Shown one piece after another: positions 38,490-47,814 of a DNA stretch of 64,000 nt. Source of the DNA: Candidatus Bathyarchaeia archaeon (GTDB lineage: Archaea > Thermoproteota > Bathyarchaeia > 40CM-2-53-6). The position numbers and the translations under genes were made by a program. The stretch is from contig JBEKSC010000013.1 in NCBI GenBank assembly GCA_049517415.1, positions 1 to 64,000 of the forward strand, given 5' to 3'. How positions within the stretch are numbered: position 1 is the stretch's first letter; the number at the start of each line of letters is the position of its first letter. A model generated the notes under the pieces. It was not told the origin of the DNA and searched no databases. It saw nothing but the letters and a program-made list of their open reading frames with translations.

Positions 38490-39337
38490 AAATCCGGAAG
38501 CCCTATGTGGCGAACGCGTTCTACGCAGGAACAAAAACTGAACTAACGGAGCAGATAACGGGCTGCTTCATCCACCCTTTTGGGCCGGGACAAGTTCCAA
38601 AAGTCGTCGAGCACGGCGCTAGGAAAATACTTGGAATAGTGTCCCCGCATGCAGGGTACATGTACTCGGGACCAGTAGCTGCGAATGGCTTTAGCCAACT
38701 TGCCGTCGACGGAGTGCCGGAAGTTTTTGTAATCCTCGGCCCGAACCACAACGGCTACGGGAGCGGTGTCTCAATCCTAACTGACGGTGCCTGGGAAACG
38801 CCCGTCGGCCTCACTTCGATTGATAGTCCCTTAGCGAAACAAATCCAGAAAGCTAGCGGCATTTTAGACGTCGACGAAAGCTGCCATTCTGCTGAACATT
38901 CTATTGAGGTTCAGCTACCTTTCATCCAATTCCTCTACAAGGATGTCCCGAAGTTCATCCCGATCTCGATGATGATGCAAGACCTTCAGACGAGCCGGGA
39001 CATAGCCAAGAGCATAGTTGATGCGTGCAAGGGCAAAAATTTCGCTATAATTGCATCAAGTGACATGACACATTACGAAACGCAAGAGAGCGCAAGCAGG
39101 AAAGACAAAACGGCAATCGAAGCCATCACAAATCTCGATGACGCCAAGTTAAATGAACTTGGAGAAGAGAACAGAGTATCCCTGTGTGGTTACGGCCCAA
39201 TTACTACGCTCATTGCGGCCGCCAAAATGCTGGGAGGAATTAAGGCGGAGCTCCTAACATACAAGACCAGTGGGGACATAACTGGTGACAAAAGTGCCGT
39301 TGTCGGGTATTCGTCAATAGTCTTCCGTCGCCAATAG
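38486..39337 (+). CDS. MEMO1 family protein
   Basis: PHAGYMYSG, GPNH, EHSIEVQLPF, SSDMTHY, CGYGP. Confidence 0.95.
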   Translation: MKIRKPYVANAFYAGTKTELTEQITGCFIHPFGPGQVPKVVEHGARKILGIVSPHAGYMYSGPVAANGFSQLAVDGVPEVFVILGPNHNGYGSGVSILTDGAWETPVGLTSIDSPLAKQIQKASGILDVDESCHSAEHSIEVQLPFIQFLYKDVPKFIPISMMMQDLQTSRDIAKSIVDACKGKNFAIIASSDMTHYETQESASRKDKTAIEAITNLDDAKLNELGEENRVSLCGYGPITTLIAAAKMLGGIKAELLTYKTSGDITGDKSAVVGYSSIVFRRQ

Positions 39338-39540
39338 GTGCAATACGCAACGTCTTAGGTAGTCATCAATCAAAGTTCTGCGGGTGAATCCGCCGGAAAG
39401 AAGAGCGCTGTCCCGGTGAGCGTGCTGTCTTTTCCCAGTGTACGATGCTAGTGCGAAGAGTTCCGCTGGGAAAATTTATAGTTGAGACAAGCCAGAAACA
39501 GCATTTGGCCTAGTGAAAATTAGGATGAAGTGTTAATCTG

Positions 39541-40511
39541 TTGGCTAAGGCAACAGCGGTTGCTCATACTATTCAGGGTTTGTTGAAATATCATGGCCTG
39601 AAGAATAAGAAACTGAGACTCCCATTCCATGATAGCATCTCCGTTTGCGTCAAAGAACTAACAACAACAGCCACTGTTGATTTCAGCCCCCAATACACTG
39701 AGGACATGATTCAGATTAACGGAAGCATCGCGAAAGGCACTGAAGCGCAGCGGGTGATAGTAGTCATTGATGCTCTGCGTAAACTCAAAAAGACCAAGGA
39801 CCACGTCAAAATAGTTAGCAAGAATAATCTCGAAAATGCAAAAGGCGTCGGTTTTTCGGCAGCAGCTTTCGCATCGATTGCGTTTGCAGCAAGCAATGCT
39901 CTCAACTTGAAGATTGACCGGTCACACTTGAGTGAGATAGCGCGTCTAGGGGCAGGATCTGCGAGCAGAAGCCTCGTCGGTGGTTTTTCCATCTGGTACG
40001 CGAACAAAAGGGGAAGGTCGTTCGCCCAGCAGCTGGATGACGGAACGCGTGTCAAACTAGCGATGGGAATTGTGCCTTGGTTTCACCGATAAAGACAGAT
40101 GTGGCGCACGAGGAATCGGCAACGTCACCATTCTTCACTTCAAGAGTGAAAACGGTCAAAGCCGCCATCCCCAAAATGATTCATGCAATCAAGAGAGGCG
40201 ACTTAGGTGAAGTGTGCAAACTTGCAGAAACGGACTCACTTAGCCTGCACGCAGTCACCATGACAGGCCGGAAAGGGCTTGTCCTCGAATCCCCTGAGAC
40301 GATCAACGTAATCCGAAGGGTCAGGACATTGCGGGAAGAGAAAGGTATCCCGGTCTGGTACTCGATGGACACCGGCCCTTCAGTCTTCCTCAACACTCAA
40401 CCCGAATACTTAGACAAAGTATGCGACGACATCGCAAGCAACGTTAACGTCCCGATCATAAGAAGCGGCGTCGGCGGCCCGGCGTACGCAGTTGACCAAC
40501 ATCTTTTCTAA
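39541..40511 (+). CDS. mvaD: Haloarchaeal-type phosphomevalonate decarboxylase, copy 1 (one frameshift at ~40077)
   Basis: AHTIQGLLKYHG, HDSISVC, RLGAGSASRS, SMDTGPS; the two ORF halves join into a full-length match to 50728-51699. Confidence 0.85.
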
Positions 40512-40611
40512 TTGGGACAGTCGGCGTCGACTGGCCAATGACGATTATTGACTGACATTTTCGCACGATTTTTCTATTGGCCCTGCAGAAAGTAATCAAG
40601 GGCTCTGAACA

Positions 40612-41544
40612 ATGGGACAGGGTGTCGGGTTTGGGAAGGTCATTCTCTTCAATGAGCACTTCGTGGTATACGGCCTCCCTGCTATAGCGTCAGCAATCGG
40701 GTCAAAGACCATCGCCCATGTTGAAAGGCAAAGTGGCTCAGGAATAAAACTCCAGGACGACAGGCCGGAAACACCAGGTTACAAGGCAGAGAAGTTCGCT
40801 CAACAGAAGGAATCCCTAGACAGGATGCTCATGTTAATGCAAATTGACACAAACCGCAACCACTTCAAGATCACACTGGCCGGTGACCTAATTGCTGCTA
40901 GTGGAGTTGGAGCCAGCGCCGCCTCATGCGCCGCAATTGCACGCGCATTTTCAGACGAGTTGGGTCTGCTCTTTACTGACGAGCGCATAAACGAAATTGC
41001 CTATGAGGGCGAAAAGGGGTATCACGGTACACCATCCGGAATCGACAACACCGCGGCAACATACGGCGGTCTGATCTGGTACAAGAGAGAAGCTAACTCG
41101 CAACACATGGAACGCATGAAACTCAAGAGGCCTGTGGAAATCGTGATGGGCAACACGGGCATAACCGCTGATACGAAAAGCGTAGTCGCAGGCGTGAAGG
41201 AACGAAGAGAACAGGAGCCTGAAAAGTATGCCCGGATATTTGATGAAGCTGCGCAGTTGGTTAAAGACGCACAGAAGCAACTCGAAGTCTTCGACCTCAA
41301 GCGCGTCGGCGCCATTATGAACAAGAATCACGAGCTGCTGCAGCAGATAGGCGTATCATGCAAGGAGCTAGACGTACTAGTGGACTTGGCTCGAGATAAT
41401 GGCGCATTCGGAGCCAAGATGACAGGAACTGGACGGGGAGGCTACATGTTGGCCTTGACACCAGGGTTGGACCTTCAAGAGCGCGTCGCAGCTGAAATTG
41501 AGAAGAAGGGTTTTCAAGCCCTGCGCACCACCATCGGTATCTAG
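40612..41544 (+). CDS. mvk: Mevalonate kinase
   Basis: GKVILFNEHFVVYG, SGVGASAA, HGTPSGIDN, GAKMTGTGRGG. Confidence 0.93.
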   Translation: MGQGVGFGKVILFNEHFVVYGLPAIASAIGSKTIAHVERQSGSGIKLQDDRPETPGYKAEKFAQQKESLDRMLMLMQIDTNRNHFKITLAGDLIAASGVGASAASCAAIARAFSDELGLLFTDERINEIAYEGEKGYHGTPSGIDNTAATYGGLIWYKREANSQHMERMKLKRPVEIVMGNTGITADTKSVVAGVKERREQEPEKYARIFDEAAQLVKDAQKQLEVFDLKRVGAIMNKNHELLQQIGVSCKELDVLVDLARDNGAFGAKMTGTGRGGYMLALTPGLDLQERVAAEIEKKGFQALRTTIGI

Positions 41545-41564
41545 AGACTAGATACCTTTTCGCG

Positions 41565-42866
41565 GTGAATCCGGTGGAGTTAGCGAGTTTTGTCAAGACC
41601 CTTGACGATAGGGGTCTTCTGATTAGGATAAGTAAGCCAGTTGATCCGAAGTACGAAATCTCGACCCTAATGAAGATGCTAGATGGGCGCGTCCTCCTTT
41701 TCGACCACCCCAAGGGGTTCAGCATGCCGATCGTAGCAAACGTCTGCTCTACGCGTGACTTGGTCGCAATAGGGCTGGGAACAAAGAGAGAGCAACTTAT
41801 GGCGAAACTAACCGACGCGATCGACCACCCCAAGAAAGCGAAAATAGTCGAAGCGGAAGGCTACCAGAACATCGGAAACGACCTCCATCGCCTGCCAGTA
41901 TTGACACATTACCCGAAGGATGGGGGCCCATACATCTCTTCAGGCATAGTCGCATGCGAAGACAAAGAATACGGCGTCAACTTCTCCTACCATCGCGCCG
42001 AGGTTCTTGGAAACGACTTGTTGGTCCTACGGATTCTTGAGAGGCACTTCGATTCCTACATCAAGCGAGGATTGAAGGAATTTGCGTTCTGTATATCCTC
42101 ACCTGTGCAGGACATGGTGAGCGCAGCAATATCGGTAGACATCGGGATTAGCGAAGCGGACATCGCCAACGCACTGGAAGAGACACCGCTGGTAAAACTT
42201 GATGGACATTTGACTCCGCCTTCAGACATCGTAATCATTGCCGAGTTGACAGGTGAGCTTCACGATGAAGGCCCGTTCCTTGACTTAACCGAAACCTTCG
42301 ACATCATCCGCAAACAAAGAGTTGCGAGAGTCAAGAAGATCTACGTCAAGAGAGGCGCTATGTATCACGCCTTGCTTCCAGGCGGGCTTGAGCACAGAGT
42401 GCTAATGGGGATGCCGAGGGAGCCGACAATCTACAGAGAAGTCGCAAAGGTGTGCGACGTCAAAGATGTTCTGGTAACCTCCGGAGGCTGCTCTTGGCTA
42501 CATGGCATCGTGAGCATACACAAGAGGAATCCAGATGACCCATCAAAGGCCATAGAGGCTGCCTTCAAAGGTCACAAATCGATGAAACATGTCTTCATCG
42601 TGAACGACGACATCAACATCCACGACCCGAATGAAATCGAATGGGCGATGGCGACGCGTTTTCAAGCGGACAAGAACATGATCATGAGAAGAGAAAAGGG
42701 ATCGTCTCTCGACCCATCCTCCGACATGGAGACGCAGATGACGTGCAAAGTCGGATTTGACTTGACGATACCTGAAGGTAGCAAGAAGGAGTTCAGACGG
42801 CCCGATCTTCCAATGAAACTGAACCTGAACGATTACCTAGAACATGAAGCACTTCACGAAGACTGA
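41565..42866 (+). CDS. UbiD-family decarboxylase, probable anhydromevalonate phosphate decarboxylase
   Basis: DGGPYI, YHR, EGPF, GGCSWLHG, WAMATRFQ, SSLDPS; directly after mvk. Confidence 0.85.
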   Translation: MNPVELASFVKTLDDRGLLIRISKPVDPKYEISTLMKMLDGRVLLFDHPKGFSMPIVANVCSTRDLVAIGLGTKREQLMAKLTDAIDHPKKAKIVEAEGYQNIGNDLHRLPVLTHYPKDGGPYISSGIVACEDKEYGVNFSYHRAEVLGNDLLVLRILERHFDSYIKRGLKEFAFCISSPVQDMVSAAISVDIGISEADIANALEETPLVKLDGHLTPPSDIVIIAELTGELHDEGPFLDLTETFDIIRKQRVARVKKIYVKRGAMYHALLPGGLEHRVLMGMPREPTIYREVAKVCDVKDVLVTSGGCSWLHGIVSIHKRNPDDPSKAIEAAFKGHKSMKHVFIVNDDINIHDPNEIEWAMATRFQADKNMIMRREKGSSLDPSSDMETQMTCKVGFDLTIPEGSKKEFRRPDLPMKLNLNDYLEHEALHED

Positions 42867-43007
42867 AGAGCTGATGCTATACAGCAAGCCGGTGGCTAGG
42901 TCGTGCCAAGCGATTTCGTTCCGCGTGGGGTTCAAACCTCACTTTTGAAGGACTGAACTTCCAAATACCCAAACTTCAAAGGTAATGATTCGCTTTCGAT
43001 AGAGGGA

Positions 43008-44281
43008 TTGCATTTGTCTAGGCGCTCTGAGTTCTCCGGCTTTTACAAGCTGCCAGTTGCGGATAGGGTGCGACTACTGAAGGAGTTCGCTGGCTTGACC
43101 GAAGAGGAAGCCGCACTGCTGGAGAAGCCTGGCGCGCTCGGTCTTGACGTTGCAAACCGCATGGTCGAAAACCTAGTGGGCGTTATGCCGGTCCCACTGG
43201 GAGTGGCAATGAATTTTCTAATAAACGGCAAGGACATGGTTGTACCGATGGCTATTGAAGAGCCATCAGTTATCGCGGCGGCGAGCAATGCTGCCAAAAT
43301 GAGCAGGTTGAAGGGTGGTTTCAATGCAACTTCGACGGATCCTGTTATGATAGGGCAGATACAAATTGTGGGCGTTCAGGATGCGCATGGTGCTCGGTTT
43401 GAAATACTCGCGCACAAAGCGGGGATTTTGAAACACGCCAATGAACAGGATCCGGTCCTCGTGTCACTAGGTGGCGGCGCCCGCGATTTAGAGGTGCGCA
43501 TTATCGACACCTTTCTGGGGAAGATGGTGATCGCCGAGCTACTCGTCGACTGTCGAGACGCGATGGGTGCGAATGCTGTAAACACCATGGTTGAAGCAGT
43601 AGCTCCCATGGTCGAGCAGATTTCAGGTGGGCGAGTTTACTTGCGCATAATTTCGAATTTGGCCGTGAAACGCCTTGCCCGTGCCAAAGCAACCTTCACC
43701 AAAGAAGCGTTGGGCGGAGAGGATGTTGTTGATGGCATCGTACAGGCGTACGCGTTCGCTGCCGCAGATCCATACCGATGCGCGACCCATAACAAAGGAA
43801 TAATGAATGGTGTGTCCGCCGTCGTACTCGCCACGGGCAACGACACGAGAGCGATTGAAGCAGGCGCCCATTCATACGCCGCTCGTTTAGGCCACTACAC
43901 CTCACTATCGACTTGGGAGAAGGACGCCAACGGCGATCTAGTTGGGACTCTCGAAATGCCCATGGCCGTTGGAATAGTCGGAGGGCAACGGCCTCCAACC
44001 CCGTCGCAAAACTAGGAGTCAAGATCCTCGGCATTAGAACAGCGAGAGAGTTAGCCGAAGTTATCGTCTCAGTCGGACTAGCGCAGAACCTAGCTGCGCT
44101 TAGGGCCCTAGCGGCTGAAGGCATTCAACGTGGCCACATGAGTTTGCACGCCCGCAACATCGCAATTAACGCAGGGGCAACAGGGGACCTTATCGATAAG
44201 GTCAGCGAACAAATGGTCGCTGAAAGAAAGATTCGGGTTGATCGGGCTAAGGAATTGCTGGAAAAATACTCTAAGAACTAG
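43008..44281 (+). CDS. hmgA: HMG-CoA reductase class II (one frameshift at ~43985)
   Basis: ENLVG, EEPSV, DAMGAN, THNKG; C-terminal [16 protein letters not shown] in the -1 frame. Confidence 0.92.
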
Positions 44282-44600
44282 TTGTTGACGGTTCTATTTC
44301 AACGAGCGCTTCCATTCGTCGTATCTTTGGTATTGCGTCCTTCTCCATCCACTCGGAGATCGTATCGTACACTTTTCTGTAATACTTCTTTGTTGCGTGT
44401 TTGACGATTCCAAGCCGTTCCATTCTTCTTACGTATCGCCATTTCATACTCCGTGAAATCTTGTCGCCCATAAGTCGGTCGATGTCAACTTTCTTGAAAA
44501 CTCTGGGAAGGTGAGCGAATGTTCCAACGATTTCCTTCGGAAAGGCCGTCAGAGATTCCTTGGAAAGCTTTCGTTTGCCGCGCGAATCATTTCCGCGCAT
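44271..44600 (-). CDS. Hypothetical basic protein, wHTH-like
   Basis: Coherent ORF from ATG 44600; [11 protein letters not shown] helix-wing pattern. Confidence 0.55.
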   Translation of the reverse strand: MRGNDSRGKRKLSKESLTAFPKEIVGTFAHLPRVFKKVDIDRLMGDKISRSMKWRYVRRMERLGIVKHATKKYYRKVYDTISEWMEKDAIPKIRRMEALVEIEPSTTSS

Positions 44601-44708
44601 TCTGCTCTCGCTGATTCTCAAGACAAAGCCTTCTGAATGGACGGATACGACTGATATTATAAATATTTTATGAGTCACCCTGTCCCGCACGGATACACGT
44701 ATATTGCG

Positions 44709-45566
44709 TCATATCGCACCAATTAGGAAGGCTAGCATGCCGAAGGTCATCCAGACGAGCACGTAGTTCTTGCTCCTCTTCGCATTCCTGGGGCTTGAGT
44801 TTGTTAGCAGGGAATAAGCGGTTAGTAGAAAACCGATGTCACATATGGCAACCAAAGGGATGTAATAGTTCGAAACGAGTGCCAGGAGAAGGGGTGCTGC
44901 GCTTAGCGCAACTGCGGCGATAAACAGGCCCGCGCCATATTTCGCAGCTTGGGCAGGTCCCCTTGTCGCAGCCACTGACTTAACTCCCTTAGCAGTATCG
45001 CCGGGGACGTCAACTATTCCTTTGATAATTTCCCGTCCCATGCTGGAGAGAAAGGCAAGGAGGGAGAATATTCCAAGTGACCAAGTGGGGCTTGCCACGA
45101 CGAAACCCCCGTAAACGAAAGGAATCGCTACATTTGTGCTAACAAACGCGTTTCCCAAGAGTCCGGTCTTCTTGATACCAGAATTATACGAGATCATGAT
45201 GATTACGCTTACGAAAGCGATTATGAGCGCCGCAATTCCGGAATTGGCGGCGAACCAAAAACCGAATGCACCTAGGATGAATGAGAAAGAGAATGCTTCA
45301 GCTGGCTTGATCACTCCTGCCGGTATGGGCCGCTTCGGTTCGTTAATTGCGTCTATCTCCCGGTCAAAGTAGTCGTTCAAAACCATTGAGGCTGCTAAGA
45401 GAAGAAAGCCAGTCATGAAGCCGTAGAATGCTGACCTCACGGGGACGGTTGTTGAAGATATCAACTCGCCAACAATAACTGCGAAACCAATCATTACACA
45501 GTTAGGAAGTCGCATCATAGAAACTAGGCTGACAATTTTGCGGCCAGGCGGAACATACGACTGCAA
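44709..45566 (-). CDS. Digeranylgeranylglyceryl phosphate synthase (UbiA family)
   Basis: NDYFDREIDAIN.P.RPIP.G, REIIKGIVDVPGD. Confidence 0.92.
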   Translation of the reverse strand: MQSYVPPGRKIVSLVSMMRLPNCVMIGFAVIVGELISSTTVPVRSAFYGFMTGFLLLAASMVLNDYFDREIDAINEPKRPIPAGVIKPAEAFSFSFILGAFGFWFAANSGIAALIIAFVSVIIMISYNSGIKKTGLLGNAFVSTNVAIPFVYGGFVVASPTWSLGIFSLLAFLSSMGREIIKGIVDVPGDTAKGVKSVAATRGPAQAAKYGAGLFIAAVALSAAPLLLALVSNYYIPLVAICDIGFLLTAYSLLTNSSPRNAKRSKNYVLVWMTFGMLAFLIGAI

Positions 45567-45710
45567 TAAACCCAGCTCTTAGGCCTTGAAATTCAACCTT
45601 CAATCGCAACCGGCCTTAATAGAATTTCAGGCCGAATCGAAATCCTAGAGCCTTCTGAAATAAAGATCCGAGATGCGTGTGAGGTTGATTCTGCGGCAGT
45701 AACGAGGCTG

Positions 45711-45853
45711 TTATAGTGACGGCTGATACTCACGCATTAGATGGCCGCAGCGCTGGCATCTTATGAGCCTTAGCAACCTTCCCTGTTCGTCAAAATCCTG
45801 CCTATCTCATTCACTTGGCTGTGCTGACATACGTTCCGTCGACCGTGCTCCAT
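45711..45853 (-). CDS. Small Zn-ribbon protein (~47 aa) with one frameshift at ~45801
   Basis: MEHGRRNVCQHSQVNEIG / QDFDEQGRLLRLIRCQRCGHLMREYQPSL; CxH...CxxC pattern restored by one base. Confidence 0.45.
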
Positions 45854-46104
45854 TTCTGAGCGGCCAGTCGCGGTTTGCACAATTTTCTTAACAAGAACAA
45901 TTCAGTCTCGCATCCCTCTGAAAGATGTACATGATCGCCAGCGAACATGTACATGTTTGTTTCGGCGTCTCAAACCACGTTCCAAGCCAAATCTTGCGTC
46001 AGGAACAATAGCTCGCACCCAAGAGCACTTAACGCTTGGTGGAGTCTGTGGCAATCGTTACACGCCGTCGATAATTCCACTTAGTGGAACTAGGTTTATC
46101 ACCT

Positions 46105-46482
46105 ATGGGTGACAAGAGACCTGAGGAGTTCAAATTGGGTGTCTTGGTTTCCGGAGCCGTGAAGGTTGAGGAAGGCGTCGAACGTCTAAAGCGGAATGCG
46201 CTCGCTATAACTGAAGAGACAAGGAAGAAGGCAAACGCCAGGTTGAGGCCCACATGGACCAACGTTAGGAAGTCTCTAAATGGTTACCGCGCCAAACCAA
46301 TCATAAAGCGAATCGAACCACTGCCAAACAAACTTGAACATGATGGCAAAGCGCTCTTAGATAAGGCGGAATTCCGGACGAGAGTAGCGCTGACTGAAAT
46401 TATTGAGAGAACAATAGTGGAGCTCGAGAAAGCTAAGCGTAAACTCGATCAGAACGACCGAAGGCTTGTGTGTGCAGCGTAA
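46105..46482 (+). CDS. Hypothetical helical/coiled-coil protein
   Basis: Charged helical ORF, no recognised motif. Confidence 0.5.
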   Translation: MGDKRPEEFKLGVLVSGAVKVEEGVERLKRNALAITEETRKKANARLRPTWTNVRKSLNGYRAKPIIKRIEPLPNKLEHDGKALLDKAEFRTRVALTEIIERTIVELEKAKRKLDQNDRRLVCAA

Positions 46483-46532
46483 CGAACTTTAGGCTAAGTT
46501 ACCTAGTGGGCGAGGTGGAGATATGCTTCCCT

Positions 46533-46853
46533 CTAGCCGTTAACTAGCGCCAGAACCTGTTGCGCGAGGAAATCAATCTGTGGAGTTATGCTGTCTTCCG
46601 GTGGGATCGTAACAGTCCAGTCTACCTCTATCTCTCCTGTGTCGGGCGCGTAGTGGAAAATGGACGAGGCCTGGAGCATTCCAGCTTTCTCCAGAAAGGC
46701 CTTCGAGGCTAGCAGCAACTGCAGCTGCTTGCTGCCAATTGCGGACACATCGACCGTTGCACTCGGTTTGAGGTTGGGCGCAGTCAAGAAGCCAAGCGCA
46801 CTTCCCAGCAGGACACCCAATCCCCTCTTTAGGAAACCTCTACGGTTGGACAA
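46533..46853 (-). CDS. Small Tat-signal protein
   Basis: SNRRGFLK followed by a hydrophobic stretch. Confidence 0.65.
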   Translation of the reverse strand: MSNRRGFLKRGLGVLLGSALGFLTAPNLKPSATVDVSAIGSKQLQLLLASKAFLEKAGMLQASSIFHYAPDTGEIEVDWTVTIPPEDSITPQIDFLAQQVLALVNG

Positions 46854-47029
46854 GGATACATAACCAGAAAGAATCCTTGCTTCTGGCGGTTATATTGCTT
46901 GCGCACCCCGACACGGCGTTCATATGCAAAAGTATCGGGCCGATGGGCCACCAACGCCAAACCCGACGCTTTTAATAGTATCCCGCCAGTTTCTCACCTC
47001 AATTCACAACCTTCGTTACCACAAGTCGG

Positions 47030-47794
47030 TTGGTACCTCATCCTTTGGGCGACATCAGGATTGGTAATGTAGAAACTCACTTGCAAAACGTGATTAGGAA
47101 GGACGGCGCCGCCCACCTTACCTTGTTTGACCCGGAAAAACTCACACCATTGGCCGCAAGGAACCTAGCTCTGGAGGCCAAGAAGGCTGGTACTGCTGCC
47201 GCAATGGTTGGCGGTTCAACTGCCACGTCGGTCTATGAGCTTGACGCGATTGTAAAGGCGATTAAGTCTGCAGGGCTCTACGTGATTTTGTTTCCGAACG
47301 ATGTTGCGGGCCTGAGTCAGAACGCTGACGCTGTTTTCTTCATGTCCTTGCTGAACTCTATCAACCCATATTACCTATCGGGGGCGCAAGCACTTGGCGC
47401 GCCTTTAGTGAAGCGCTACGGCCTTGAACCTATACCCCTCGCGTACCTTATCGTTGGTGAGCACGGGGGCGCCGCCGGGTTTGTCGGAAACGCCAACCCG
47501 ATTCCTTACGATAAACCGGAGCTCGCGGCAATCTACGCACTTGCAGCCGAATACCTCGGGATGCGCTTTGTCTACTTGGAAGCGGGATCAGGGGCGAGAA
47601 AGGCGGTTTCGCCTGAAATGGTGCGGGCGGTTGACCGAACGTGCCATGTGAACATAATCGCCGGCGGCGGCATCAAAACTTCGTCTCAAGCTAAGGAATT
47701 AGTCGACGCGGGAGCGCGCCTTATTGTCACTGGTACGATAGCCGAAAAAGCCTCTCTAGTAACATTGCGAGCTATAATTCGAGCCATACGCTGA
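47030..47794 (+). CDS. Geranylgeranylglyceryl phosphate synthase
   Basis: FDPEK, VGGS, SLLNS, YLEAGSG, GGGIK, VTGT. Confidence 0.95.
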   Translation: MVPHPLGDIRIGNVETHLQNVIRKDGAAHLTLFDPEKLTPLAARNLALEAKKAGTAAAMVGGSTATSVYELDAIVKAIKSAGLYVILFPNDVAGLSQNADAVFFMSLLNSINPYYLSGAQALGAPLVKRYGLEPIPLAYLIVGEHGGAAGFVGNANPIPYDKPELAAIYALAAEYLGMRFVYLEAGSGARKAVSPEMVRAVDRTCHVNIIAGGGIKTSSQAKELVDAGARLIVTGTIAEKASLVTLRAIIRAIR

Positions 47795-47814
47795 ACTCTA
47801 GCTGAGGAAGCCTC

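Noticed and set aside
40070..43990. Programmed -1 frameshifting in PMD copy 1 and HMGR
   Set aside because: No slippery heptamer at either site; sequencing indels are the simpler explanation.
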